Shown one piece after another: positions 27,103-41,413 of a stretch of 64,000 nt of DNA; the first letter of the stretch is position 1; each line of letters starts with the position of its first letter. This stretch comes from Eledone cirrhosa (taxonomy: Eukaryota): NCBI GenBank assembly GCA_964016885.1, contig OZ024740.1:54126001-54190000 (forward strand), read 5' to 3'. The position numbers were made by a program, and so were the translations under genes. The notes under the pieces are model-generated. The model was not told the DNA's origin. It saw nothing but the letters and a program-made list of their open reading frames with translations, and ran no database searches.

Positions 27103-28480
27103 GGGGTGGGGGGCGAGAGAGAATAGAAGAGAGCATAAACGAAGGTAATCACCGAAGGGAGAGTTAAGGAGATAGATGGAACAAACTGAGATGAAGAAAT
27201 TGCGACAGAATTTCAAAGATAAACAAGAGGGTAAGTGAGGGGTAGATAAAACACACGAAAAATAAATAAAATTAAGAGAGACAGAGAGGTACTGAGCTGA
27301 GTTAAAGAAATAGAGTAAGAACAGAAGAAGTATTTAAATGATAAAGAAAAAGAAAATGATGATGTGAATGGGACGTTGGTGACATCAGTAGAAGGGGTGG
27401 GGAAAAGTACGATTCTAGAGGTGCAGCTGCTGTAGCGACGGTGGTGTTAGGAGTCTTGGCTCCAAGGGAGGTTCACAACTTCCCGTGAAACAAGTTCTCT
27501 TTGTAATTTGAAATAGGGAAAATTAGAGGTGGGAATTCTGGCTTTTTAGTATTCACCGTAGTCCCGTAACGTGCAAAGTTTGACCAGTACTTTATCGCTT
27601 CTACTTAGAGTTTACATTTGCGTGCCAACAGCATGAAAGGTACAAAACAAAAATTAATAAGAGGTCGACATTAAAACAAGTGCGGAACTTTTCATTACTG
27701 GTAGTATGAACAAAGACCTACAGACATACTCACATACATCTTGAAATACACATTGAAATAACATAAAAAATAAACATGCAAAAGCATATAAATGTCCATG
27801 TCTGTATTTGCATCTTTATACAGACAGTATATATTAATTGTATTAAAACAATTTGAGCTGAACTATGCCATATTTCTATATGCCTCCACCACATCAATCT
27901 ATTTACCCTGTTCAGTAATGAGAAAGTGGTGACATGTAGGCGAGAAACTTTACAGTAATAACGCTGTGTAGTGTCGCACTCAGAAGCGGGTGGTCATTAA
28001 TGTTTCAGAAGGAGGATAAAAAAATACGAATAAAAAAAATCTTAAAACCTAATAGATAATTCTCTAATCAACATCTTCTCTTGAATGCAATTTAACAGAA
28101 CTGTATGTCAAATGTTCGTTTCTAATTAATTTCCACTTTTGTATATTTTAATTAGACGAGACTTTAATTGGGGCGGGGGTATTTTATTATATAATATAAA
28201 AATGTACACGATATCCATCCACATTTAATTATAAATGAAACAATAAATAAAGTTCAGAGGTCAATTCATATTTTTACAAGAATTCTTATATTTTTCATCT
28301 TTTGTGAATAGATTTTTGTCATCCCATAACAGATTATACTAGTCTAGCTTGTTGCATTGAGTCCAAAGCAATGCAGCAGCATAAAAAAAATTAAATAAAT
28401 GATTCAACTGAATTTTAGCGTTCGACAAATACAGTATATTACAAAAGGCTAACTGGTATTCCTCTCCCTCTCTCTCTCTT

Positions 28481-28624
28481 TTGCAGCAAAGAGTTACGGC
28501 CCTTTATAATCTGAGTTCAAATCCCGCCGAGGTTAGCTTTGCCGTTCATCCTTATGGGGTCGATAAAATAAGGTACCAGTAATACACTGTGATAATTCTT
28601 GGCCTCGTGCCAAATGTAGAAACA
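28481..28624 (+). mobile_element. tRNA-derived SINE with MetaSINE-like core; fuller copies 29561-29744 (-), 42044-42230 (+), 42458-42640 (+); remnants ~30095-30180, ~52140-52200
   Basis: B-box gagttcaaatccc followed by aactttgcctttcatccttacggggtcgataaaataaagtaccag, ending in gtagaaac plus (ATT)n. Confidence 0.82.
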
Positions 28625-29323
28625 AATTATTATGATATTATTATTATTATTCACTCACGAATACATTTAGGAATGTATGGTAATAGATTACATTAAGAAT
28701 CAATAATTCAATAATTCAAACTGACTCTTTTCCTCAATATATATATATATATACAAACTTAGTTCCACAACAAATTAGCAAACCATCCTCAAGGACGCGC
28801 TTCTCAACCAACGTATTCTCAACTCCCCGTGTTTTACCAAGTAAAAAGAAATTCAAACACTCATATATGAAAAAACAACCTGTGACAACCCCCTCCCCCC
28901 TCTCTTATTTGAAGAACTATTGTAACGCGAACTGGCGCGAAATTTATTATAATTATTGACAAACCAATCAAATTACTTCTTGAAAAACCTGGCATTTCGA
29001 GCCACTTTTCCCATATAAAACAAGTAACATTCAGAGACAACCAGATGTGAGAAAAACCACAGACCCTCCATCTCAACTCACCTTTTGAAAAGCAGAAGAA
29101 CTGCGAAACCGATAAAGGAACCAAATAAATATATATATTTAAAAAAAAAAAATAAGACTCCAGTTGCATTTTCGATTTCATCTCTTTTTCTTTATACTTT
29201 CACTCGTGTAGGACACCTCGGTTATTTTTCATTTTGTAAAAAAAAAACTCACTTTCTAATATATATATATATATATATATAATGATATTAAATAAATGGA
29301 AACTATATTTATAAAACCATATT

Positions 29324-29386
29324 TATTTTATTATATATATTTCAAGGGTACCAAAAAACTTTGGTACGCTTTCATCAGATAAAATA
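29324..29386 (-). ncRNA. Type I hammerhead ribozyme (degenerate relative at ~44503-44570, +)
   Basis: Minus strand: tattttat CTGATGA aag-cgtaccaaa-gttt-tttggtac-cctt GAAA tatata TA ataaaata. Confidence 0.78.
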
Positions 29387-30451
29387 CAAAAAGTGTTTTA
29401 TAAATGTTGACATAGCCAAGGAAAATCATACCTTATCAGTTGAATATTCCCTGGGTAGTGAGAATATAGAACGGAAATTTCAAACTTATGGATGAATATG
29501 CAAGTACAGAATTAGCCGTCGAAACGGCTTGAGCTCAGCCGTCGGGGTCTTACTTGTTCCTGTTTCTACTATTGGCACAAGGCCAGCAATTAGCCCAGTG
29601 CATTACTGGTACTTTATTTTATCGACCCCGTAAGGATGAAAGGCAAAGTTAACCTTGGCGGGATTTGAACTCAGATCATAAAGGGGCGTAACTCTATGCT
29701 GGAAAGCACGGCGTCAGACCCCGTACCGATACTGCCAATCCACCAATAATATCAGAATATTATTAATATACTATTTGTTTACAAGCAAAGAGCATCATAA
29801 GCACCATGTGTGTTTTCTAGATGAACAACGGCAACGTTTTGTTCCAGCGGTAGCTGAGAGAAAACAATTAACACTTATTTCGGAGTTTACACCTCTTATC
29901 AAGACTATGTATTCTCGTCACTACTATCCACTGGAACTGAGAATACATAGTATTCTCAAATGTATACATCGGCTGATTATACTCATATGTTTATAATTTC
30001 TTCATGTAGGGTGGCTAAAGTTCCTTTAGGGTGTTCACATGAACATTTTCTTACTGGTAACAGAATTGTCAATCGGTTTACCATTCTTCCAATTACGTTC
30101 TGAGTTTAAACTCCGCTTTGCCTTTCACATTTACATGTCGATATAATAGATTACCAGTAAGGCACTGGGGTTGATTTATTCGACCCTTCCATTCATTTGA
30201 AATTGCAGTAACAATTATGTGTATCCCGAATAAGTAGGTCTACAGCATCACACACAATAGTGGTGTCAAACAACTACGTAATGGCATCAAACATTTACAT
30301 AAAAACACACACAGGCATGTTTGTGCGTCTATATATATACACACACACAAACACACATACATCCAAACATATACGAAAAGGGATAGCAAAGGAAAACAAT
30401 ACAGACACGCACACACACTCACATACACACACACACACACACATCCAAAAG

Positions 30452-30716
30452 TCTATCTTAAGCCAGAAGGCTCATTTGGCCGGTGTTTATCCCGGTTTCA
30501 TGGCGTGAAGCGACTGAGAGTACAAGACTTCCCCCTGGACAGGACACCAGTCCATTGCAGGCTTAAACCCCCAGCTATTGCTGGTATTCATTATACTCTG
30601 AGTATTCTGAGCGGCGTGAAATGAAGTGTTTTGCTTAAGAACACACCACGCCACTCAAGAATCGAACCCACGACATTATGATCGTAAGTCCAACACACTT
30701 ACCACTAGGCCACGTG
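30452..30716 (-). mobile_element. tRNA-derived SINE with V-SINE-like core (head fragment also ~31540-31655, -)
   Basis: A-box tggcctagtgg, B-box ggttcgattc, core cctgcaatggactggtgtcctgtccaggg. Confidence 0.75.
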
Positions 30717-31399
30717 TGTGTATATATATATAAAGAGTCAGTTTGAATTATTGTATAATTGATTCTTAAATTTATTTATTACCATATATATGTATATGTG
30801 TGTGTGTGTGTATGTGTGTGTGTGTGTAAGTGTGTGTAAGTGTGTGTGTGTGTGTAAGTGTGTGTAAGTGTGTGTGTGCGCGCATATGGGTGTACTTTTC
30901 TTCGGTTCCTTTCTCTTTTCACTCTATCTTTCTATTTTATCTGTCCGTAACGATAGCATTCTTTTCTTACTAGATTTAAACTAATATATTGTTTCATTCT
31001 GAAGTTTGTTTTCCTATTTCTGTTTACTTATATATATATATATGGAAGTTTAGTGAAATCAAAGCTACTGTTGTAGCCAAGCCAACGAGATACAATGAGG
31101 GATTATGCAGCCAAACACTCCATGAGGAATCTCAGAGTAATAACATTCGTTAGACGTCATGCCAAATTGAAAGCTATGACAGGCAAGCCTAGCCACGATA
31201 TATATATATATTAGCGGAGTAGAAGATCGACTGCGAGCTCGGGCGGTTTCGGCTAATTAACTCTATTGACGTAACTAGCCGAAACCGCCTGGTCTCCTCG
31301 TTCCTCTATTTCACAAATATATACACTTTACCTCTTATCATGGATTAACTATTACTCTCATTTGAGCTCATCCCAAGTCCTCGGATCGGAGACTATCAA

Positions 31400-31458
<59 letters not shown>

Positions 31459-31787
31459 CGACTTCGTCAAATCGGACCAAGTAAACAATGTTTCCGTTGA
31501 TCTTTCCAATTGCTAGTACTGTCTATCGGTCGCAATTCCAGGTAGAAGGAGCAACGTGAAATAAAGTGTGTTGCTCAAGGAGATAACGCATCGCCCGGTC
31601 CAGGAATCGAACTCACAACTTCACGATCGCGAATCCAATTCTCTAACCACTGAATAGAAACATCACATACACACGGATGGACACACTGATATGCCCAAAC
31701 ATATAACCAATGAGAGGGGGAGAAAGGAGATAGATGGTAAGAGAGTAAGAGCATAAATGAGTGGGAGGGATAGAAAGAGGGAATATA

Positions 31788-31859
<72 letters not shown>

Positions 31860-32111
31860 ATAAACAATATAAGATAATTATTTCATTTACCAGTGGTTTC
31901 TTGAAAGCAAACAAATTTGCTTTCAGTCATCAGAATGAAAAAATCCTGGTGTATTTATTGAAAGTGGATTTGATATATATATATATACACACATATATAT
32001 ATATATACATATAATAGTAAAAAAGGAGGATTTGTTGTCTTCACACCGTTTATTGTAGCTGGACGTTACAATCCCTAGATATATATATATATAAATGTAT
32101 ATATATATTTA

Positions 32112-33393
32112 TATGTAAAAGAAACCAAAGAAAGCTTAGATACTTACATACTCAAACAGTTTTTATTTGCTAACAATGTTTCATCCATACCGTTGCTCAG
32201 TATAAGCTCTACCAAGCTTAGTCACATGAACAATCGGAATACAATAGAGGGTAAAGATAGGGAGATCGGAGATGGCGAATAAGGAGAGAGTACATGCTGT
32301 GATTTTTAAGCACCACAGCTAAATGATAGGGCACAAGCAGATCTCACAAGATGCAGATACAATTGCTGGCACACACAAGCAAAAAATACAAACAATATTA
32401 GGAATTTCTGAGTTCCCTCTACCGTAGAGTTTAAATCTTTACTCCTGTTTGAACACTCCCCCATCTTGGTACTGGTAATGTTACCGTCGGACTTTTCGAC
32501 TTCTCATATAGTAACCGAGTTTTAATAGTCGTTAGTTTGATACTCTTGACAATGCTGCAGGTCCATTAATATTTGATAACAATATAGTTTTTATTAGTAC
32601 GAATTTGTCGAATTAGTATGAGGTTCTGTTGGTGATTAAATATTATTTTTTCTATTTATTTTTATTTTGTTTACAGTTCGAATTAAATAACCCTATTTAT
32701 GACAAATTAGAGTAGTCCCCCTTTATTTACCAATTTTACGTCATTAGTATTTGATGACCGAAAACGTCATCAATGGATGTGCATTTTTATACCCTTAGCG
32801 GCGATGAACGAGGTAACATGTTATTTAGAGCCAGATTTATAAATTTACGGGGTATATAAGCTGTCTTATATAATCTCTGTATACATGTTTGGGTTTGACC
32901 CCGCCTAACAGATATGCTGGGGTACCCGGTGGATTTAATGACATGGGCACTTTGTGTTATTTCCTTTTCTGTTTTGTATAGATTGTTTACCCACGTGCTG
33001 TCCGGATTGCTGCTGCTTTTACCAGGAATTGTTTTTGACGTGTTCGTGACTGGATTGTGTGTGGAGACTTTGGTTATATAAAATCTGGAGCTGAAACTTG
33101 AGCACATTATGCTATACGATCTGGGATTAAACATATGGGGTTTTTGTGACCTAGCATTTAGCTGTGGTGCTTAACATCCCCAGCATGTACTCTCTCCTTA
33201 TTGGCCAGCTCTTATCTCCCTATCTTTATCCTCTATTGTATTCCAATTGTTCGTGTGACTAAGCTTGGTAGAGCTTATACTGAACACTGTGTTTATTAAG
33301 CTCTGATGGTCCTACCCAACGGTATGGATGAAACATTTTAAGCAAATAAAAACTGTTTGAGTATGTAAGCGTTCTTTGGTTTCTTTTACATAT
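32112..33393. repeat. Inverted repeat (~220-240 bp arms) around a ~0.8 kb spacer; right arm has a variant hammerhead at ~33292-33352
   Basis: 32112-32335 is the reverse complement of ~33150-33393; aagct CTGATGG tcc...gga t GAAA cattt TA agc. Confidence 0.8.
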
Positions 33394-33540
33394 AACGGCT
33401 CTGTTCTCGTACATTGAGCTAATACAATAGCGTCAAAATATAACACGGTGCGTGTGTGTTTATGCACATGCACTCCATGTTATACGTACGTAAATAAATA
33501 TATATATTTATATATATATTATAGATATACATATATGTAA

Positions 33541-33601
<61 letters not shown>

Positions 33602-33604
<3 letters not shown>

Positions 33605-34705
33605 AAGATGAATATAAAATGAAAGTGGTTTTTTTAAAAAGGAATTTATTAGGTATTGACATATGTTTCTGTAACAGACGGAATACCTATGTATTGCTGC
33701 TTGCGTAATCATATAATGTTAGCAAGTATTCGATAGCAAATGTATAATCAGTTGTCACTTCTTCAGAGATTTTGGATAAGTTGGATAAAATCAGAAAAAT
33801 TGAAGTATTTATATTAGTAATAGAGGAAGAAGAGAGGGGATAGTATATGACAGATGGTAATTCAATTTACTGCTAAACAATTATATAAAGGGTTTCTAAT
33901 GAGAATATCATGAGTAAATGGTTTATTTTATCTAAATAAGAATTTTTGGGAGTGCCAATTTTAATCTATACTTGACCAATTGGACAGTGGACAGGGCTGG
34001 TCATTTGGTGTAGTAGTATTAATTATAAAGTGTCAATTGGGGAAGGGGGAGATTTCCATTGCTGCTGAATAACATCAATGCTAGTAGCCAGCTGGTATAT
34101 GCATTAGGGAATTGAGTTAAGAAATCAGAAATCTCATTTTATCTATAGCAGTTTATATTAAATGGTAAATAATAGAAGAGTTGATAGAATTAAGACTAAT
34201 AGAGAATGTTAATATCTATTTTGACAATCAAACGGAGATAGAGACAGGCGTTCAATCCTGGTAGTATTTATAATATGAAAATGTAAATTTTAAGCGATGA
34301 CCAGCCCTGTCCACTGTCCAATTGGTTGGTCAAGTATAGATTAAAATTGGCACTCCCAAAAATTCTTATTTAGATAAAATAAACCATTTACTCAAGATAT
34401 TCTCATTAGAAACCCTTTATATACTTGTTTAGCAGTAAATTGAATTACCATCTGTCATATACTAACCCCTCTCTTCTTCCTCTATTACTAATATAAATAC
34501 TTCAATTTTTCTGATTTTATCCAATTTATCCAACATCTCTGAAGAAGTGACAACTGATTATACATTTGCTATCGAATACTTGCTAACATTATATGATTAC
34601 GCAAGCAGCGATACATAGGTATTCCGTCTGTTACAGAAACATATGTCAATACCTAATAAATTCCTTTTTAAAAAAAGCACTTTCATTTTATATTCATCTT
34701 TTCTA
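33602..34705. repeat. Inverted repeat with ~400-bp arms and ~290-bp spacer
   Basis: 33602-34004 mirrors 34297-34705; contains aggtatt...GAAA catatg TC aatacct. Confidence 0.9.
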
Positions 34706-34807
34706 CATTTTCTCCGGAATATAATTTATACTCGTTGAGCAAACCTACACGTACGCTGTTCATCTCTAACGTAACGATATATTATCACTACATTATTGAT
34801 AACCTGA

Positions 34808-34859
<52 letters not shown>

Positions 34860-35053
34860 CGAAGGAAATGTGGTAAATAACCAGGTGGACCATAACGCAC
34901 CAAAGTACTCAATACTTAGGGTAGTAGAGTGGGTAATAGGAACAAATAAGACCCCGACGGCTGAGCTCAAGCCGTTTCGACGGTTAATTCTGTACTGAGT
35001 ACAGAATTAGCCGTCGAAACGGCTTGAGCTCAGCCGTCGGGGTCTTACTTGTT

Positions 35054-35127
<74 letters not shown>

Positions 35128-35151
35128 TGTATATATGTATGTATGTATGTA

Positions 35152-35610
35152 TGTAGGAGATGACCCCTTAGCCTTTGTCAAGGCACAATTCTAGGAGAAG
35201 GAAAACTCTGATATAACACCTACAACCCTGATCGTATCCAATGATGTTGACTTGTTCTTCTTTTTGGTAAATATCATCTTGGTTAAGAGAGTGGAACTGG
35301 CTTTGTGCAGTGCCTTTGCTCACTATAAAAGCTTCACGGCACAGGCATTGCTTTATATCTGGAGATCTCTCTACACTTGTCGTCACATGATACCATGGGC
35401 CCAGCACTATGTGCCAATAATTGTCACAAGTATAGTCTTTGTACCAGAGTTTTCAAGTCGCTGGCTGGACTAAAAAGTCACTCGTTCAGCGCATCGGTAG
35501 GGGTTCTCCTACATGGATATAAAGTAGTGGCCGTACTCGAAAACGAGTTGGCAGCCACCATGTATGAATGTATGTATGTATGTATGTATGTATGTATGTA
35601 TGTATGTATG
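35152..35610 (+). mobile_element. RTE-related non-autonomous element (5' UTR-like start, RTE 3' zinc-finger remnant, (TGTA)n tail)
   Basis: ctaggagaaggaaaactctga near the start; translation [14 protein letters not shown]; ends gttggcagccacca(tgta)n. Confidence 0.6.
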
Positions 35611-35622
35611 TATGTATGTATG

Positions 35623-35721
<99 letters not shown>

Positions 35722-35798
35722 GTTATTCCGGGTTGAATCGGAGGTAGCCACAGTAAGTAAGGTACTCAATACATTGCAGAGTATAAAAGTTTTAATAT

Positions 35799-35909
35799 AG
35801 ATGAGATTCTACAGGACTAGAACTGTTTCATTCTTTAGAAATCATCAGGAATTCTGATTCCTGATGATTTCTAAAGAATGAAACAGTTCTAGTCCTGTAG
35901 AATCTCATC

Positions 35910-35910
<1 letters not shown>
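35799..35910. ncRNA. Head-to-head inverted pair of hammerhead ribozymes
   Basis: agatgagattctacaggactagaactgtttcattctttagaaatcatcagga and its reverse complement; plus-strand core CTGATGA at 35861. Confidence 0.8.
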
Positions 35911-35960
<50 letters not shown>

Positions 35961-38746
35961 GGAAAAAATGAAACGAAATTTCATTGCCCACTCTTTGTAC
36001 TGCTGTTACTTAAATATAAGTATGTACACGTAAATACATATATGAATACAGACGTACAGTAGTATGTATATATATATACATACAACCACACATATATATA
36101 TGTACGTATGGATTCACCGAACATTTATTATAATGTTCGATATGTTTGTAAACAAACATCCCGTATTAAGCCGTAGTGTCTAGCAACCATCGTTGTTTAC
36201 AAACACACCGAGCATTATAATAAATGTTCGGTGAATCCATACGTATATATATATGTGTGTGCATGTATGTGTATATATATACATACTATTGTACGTCTGT
36301 ATACATATATGTATGTACGTGTACATACTTATATTTAAGTAACAGCCGTACTAAGAGTGGGAAATGAAATTTCGTTTCATTTTTTCCGTTTATCGTTTTC
36401 GGTGCACCCGGACGATTAACCCACTCGATATGCAAATTGGGCTACTCGGCCGTTAATATGCATAAGGTAAGTATATACGTTCAACAATCTGGCAGGAAGG
36501 TATACGTTGCTGTCGATAGTTAATAAGCTTGAAACTAGTACAGCGTTCCTTTGTCAGTGTTGAACAAACGAGCAACGGTGGTTGCTAGACACTACAGCTT
36601 AATACGGGATGTTTGTTTGCAAACACACCGAGCATTATAATAAATGTTCGGTGAATCCATACGTACATATATATATGTGTGCATGTATGTATATATATAT
36701 ACATACTACTGTATGTCTGTATACATATATGTATGTACGTGTACATTCTTATATTTATATATATATATATATTCATAAGAAAATGTAATTCTGTTATTTC
36801 TTTGTTTTCTTAATATCTGGAAAATAAAACATTAACAATGGCAACAACAACAATATATCTTAACTAACTTCACTCTGAACATATTTTACTTCATGATTTT
36901 ACAAGTGTATAAGGAATATGGGTTAATTGTTAATTAATTTTTCCTTCTTGCTTCGGGTTATCTTGTAAATATGTCCGGGTTTTTAAATCGATTTTTCTCG
37001 CGATTAATTGGATGTTTTATGCGCGCTATTTGTAAGAACAATTCTGCCATTCATAGAAAAAAGAATAACAATAAGGACTTTGCACATAAAATTGCACTAA
37101 TTCTTATGCTATTAGCCTGTATTTGTTATTATATGTATTATGTTAGTCATTATAGACAAAATATTCACTTTTACTTAATGATATCGGTATGTCTAAATAA
37201 TGTAATACACGATTTTTCATTAGTTTTCATATCACCAATTTGACTAGACATGGTGATGAGAAATTTGATTCAACTTTTATATCTCATTATAGTATATTGT
37301 AAGTATAAGAAATATTGGAATAAAAGTGAAATTAACTGAAAATATTGCTATTTGATAATTCAGCTAATATATGTAATGAAGGAAATTAAATAAACGTCGT
37401 AGAAATTCGTATTATTCATTAGAAACAGTATTTTAATAACAAATTGATACCTGAATGATGTCAGTGACGTGCCACTGAAATATACGTCTAAGTAAATCTA
37501 GAAATCCTTATAAAAAACTAAATTTCATTTCTATTGTCAACAATATGAGTATTTTAGCGAATAATACTTTAATGTAAAACTTTAATAAGTTTTCTTGTTA
37601 ACAGTTTTGGAAGAAATTAAACAGCTTTTGAAGGCAGGAATGAATAATACAGTGTTCTTTTTTTAGGATATAGTCGACAACATTAAGAATTCACGCTCTA
37701 ATGACAACGTTCTTTAATAAATGATATATACAAAAATAGGTAGTGTTTCCATATTTAACCCTATTTTTTTAACCCTATGTTTTTGGAAGTTGGCCTCAAG
37801 TAAGATACACTGACCTGGTTCCAATTTACTTTACTCATGCTTATGGAAAGATTTCAATTAAGAACCATTAGCTAACGAAACAATATCACTCTCCACTTTT
37901 TGTAAGCTTGCGAAAAACTGAGATGATATGGCAGTAGATAAAATGTTCAAATCTCCGTGTTTCGTGTCATAATGTTTCTAGCCAAGATTCATATATCTTA
38001 ACAGCAGAATGCACTAAGAACTAAATAAATTCTTGGTGAATGCTTTACTCTATAGCTATGGTTTTATTTTCGATCGCACTGTGGGATCTAAACCGAAGCC
38101 ATAGCAATAGAGCATGGTTATTCTTCTTCATAGTCTCGAATTGAAGTTTTGTGAGTGAAATTTGGTTGTGATAAATGTAATCCGGCATCCGGATTAACAC
38201 AGGCAATTGGTCCGTGAGTATCTAATTTGTTGAAGTCTGATTTGTTGCTCAAACGTTTCGTCTACAAGTTTCGGAAAACAAGAAAATGTTTATGGGATTT
38301 GGCCTTCCTTGTGTAATTAAGTCATGAAAAATATAATTGGCATCTGAAAGCAGCGATAATGTTGTGATGTTATCGATTATATCATTGAGTTGGTTCTATT
38401 TTAACGGGTGCAATGTAGTTATCTATCTGTTTTCGACATTTAATATGCAGAGATTTAGGGAAGTTATTCTCCCCATACGCCTAAAATTATATGAACCATG
38501 GAGAAGCAATGACTATTTGAGATCTAATATAGATATTTGTCTATATCACAAAGCTGGATATCACTGTATGGTTACATTTAGGTTTATTTTTAAATTATTG
38601 AAGAAATTGAGAATTAATTGTCATTGTCAATATCTTGCTGTCGATGACAGTACTAATATTGTAGAACTTCCAAGTATTTTATGTGTTCCAAATATCTGCA
38701 CCTGAAATAAAAAGAAGATAAAAGTATATATTGTACATACATATGA

Positions 38747-38802
<56 letters not shown>

Positions 38803-38827
38803 GTCCGTCCGTATATATATATATAAT

Positions 38828-38875
<48 letters not shown>

Positions 38876-38930
38876 TGTGTGTGTGTGTGTGTGTGTGTGA
38901 GTGTGTGTGTGTGTGTCCGTCCGTATATAT

Positions 38931-39007
<77 letters not shown>

Positions 39008-39102
39008 GTGGAGGCGAAAGGTCCGTCCTCGAGGGCCAGGGTGGAGTTTAAAGGTGTGGAATGGGTGTGATTATGTGTGTGTCGAACGGAAGAAATTGGT
39101 AG

Positions 39103-39187
<85 letters not shown>

Positions 39188-39392
39188 TCATAAATTGATA
39201 CATATGAAGCTTCGAATTCTAAAACCTCGAAATTATCGACCCCTTTCAACTTGGAAAAAAATAAATTTCTACACACTAAACACAATTATTTAATTTTCAA
39301 TTTGTTAATACTTGAATGTTTTGAATGCACACATGCACGCACACACGCGCGCGCGCACACACACATATACACACACACACATACACACACAC

Positions 39393-39486
<94 letters not shown>

Positions 39487-39649
39487 TGATCTACCTGAAA
39501 CTTCGAAATCAATGCCACATTTCTACCTAAAAATGTATTCTACACACTACTTACCAGTATTAAATGTTTAAAGGATTAATATCTGAATGTTTTAAATACT
39601 ATAATATTTCAGGAACGCATTCTTATTTCTCTCTCTCTCAACCCTCTCT

Positions 39650-39690
<41 letters not shown>

Positions 39691-41363
39691 TATATATACA
39701 TATATATATATATATATACATATGTTTCGCTTAAATGAATATCTTATTTCAAGATAATCTTCCATAAATTTATATCAAACTACCAGTAATTGTCATATTT
39801 GTATAATATTCCAGCCTCAAAAAGATATACTTTTATTCTTTGCATTGCATGTTCATATTGCTCTCTTTTATTCTAATCTTCATTTGCTCAATTTATCATT
39901 TCATACTGCTTATTTTATACAATTTTTATTTTCTACTGTTTTAAGCATGCCGTTATTTATTTTTTTCTATCTTGCATTTAAACGTGATATCCTTTGAAGT
40001 TTCCTTTCTTTATTCGTAATAATTATTATTGCTTTATATTTTTCCATCAGCTGTAGTATTTTATTTATTTTATGTTAGATTCCGCCTTTCTCTGACATAT
40101 CTTTTTTCCTTTCTTTCTATCTCCGTTTCTGTAAAAGCTTCTCTTAAATACCCCTTTCTTGTTCCTCCTTGTATTTCTTTATCTGTCTCAAACCAATTTC
40201 AAATGTGTTTCTTCTACTCTTTCTCATTTCTTCTTCTCTTTTCTCTCTTTTTCGTTCCCCCTATAACGCTCTCTTTGCCACCTCTTCTCTGAACTTCACA
40301 CAAAATCCACCACGCCTTCCCACCGTTTTTAGTCTAGCGTTTAAAAAAATACTCATATAAATGAAAGATATCAGCAAAATGTTTATGATGAATACGGCTG
40401 CTGTTGAATTAGGCGACATATTACAATGATAGCAATGAGAAAGTATCGCCCCAATGGTACCTCTTAGTCAGAAGATTTTTCCCTATTTTTCAAATTTCTT
40501 TCTTGTATATTTTTGTTCCAAACAACCGGTTTCGTAGTTCTAAGTCACGCCTCTTCTGTTTCGAGGAGAAACAAGAACAGTTGAAATTTAAACAACCCTC
40601 GACTTGTTGTGATCGAGAACGTTCTAGAGGGGCGATCCTCTGCTCTATAATCAGTCACCTTTTAAGTCGTTATTATATCGGAAACGAGTTGTGAAGCTTA
40701 GCTGGTTGAATAGCAAGACTGTGATTATCTCGTCAGCACAGAAGAAAGGGGCGATTAGAGGAAGTGGGGGCGGTGGTAAAGATTTGATAAGAGAGCCGAA
40801 TCATAATATTCAAGGAAAAGGCTCTTGTTTAGCAGAAGAGAAACACCAGTAACCAATGACAATGGGTAGTAACTGGTGACGTCAATAATAGTTTATGTAA
40901 TCATTACACTGCAATATTCTATTTAACGACCAGACCTGTATGTATCACCTGTATACATATATACACTTATAAACATTATTTCTGGAGGCAACAAGCCTAT
41001 AAGTGTGTTCTTAATTGAGTGAAAATTGATAATAAATATGTGTGTATATGATTCACTATCATTAATTTCTCAAATAAAGAGAAACGTCTTTATAAAAAAT
41101 TGGTTGCATTTGAACAAAGCCGGCTAAAATTAAACACAATACAAGAAAAAAAACAGAGATTACTGTAAGATGAGATAAACATAAGTTGCTTGACAGTTTA
41201 ATGCGTTAACAGTATATATTTGAAGTATTCAATTATTAAGTTGTAAAATAAATGCACACTCCTCCTACAGAGATATTATCATACAATTCTCAAACATATC
41301 ATCATCATACTCATCATCGTCATCACCACCACCTAAAGAAGAAATAATTATTTGTTGTAGTGT

Positions 41364-41413
<50 letters not shown>

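Noticed and set aside
28500-28530. tRNA genes (B-box matches here and near 30660, 31610, 42115)
   Set aside because: No cloverleaf; each is followed by a SINE core, so they are SINE heads.
37650-38705. Possible ancient coding remnant
   Set aside because: No identifiable domain in the frames I read.
39002-39040. Further half-hammerhead-like strings (GAAAggtccgtccTC here; GAAAccgatcgaTA at ~4635; ~54960-55010 minus)
   Set aside because: Core or stems are incomplete and only single copies are seen; too weak to call.
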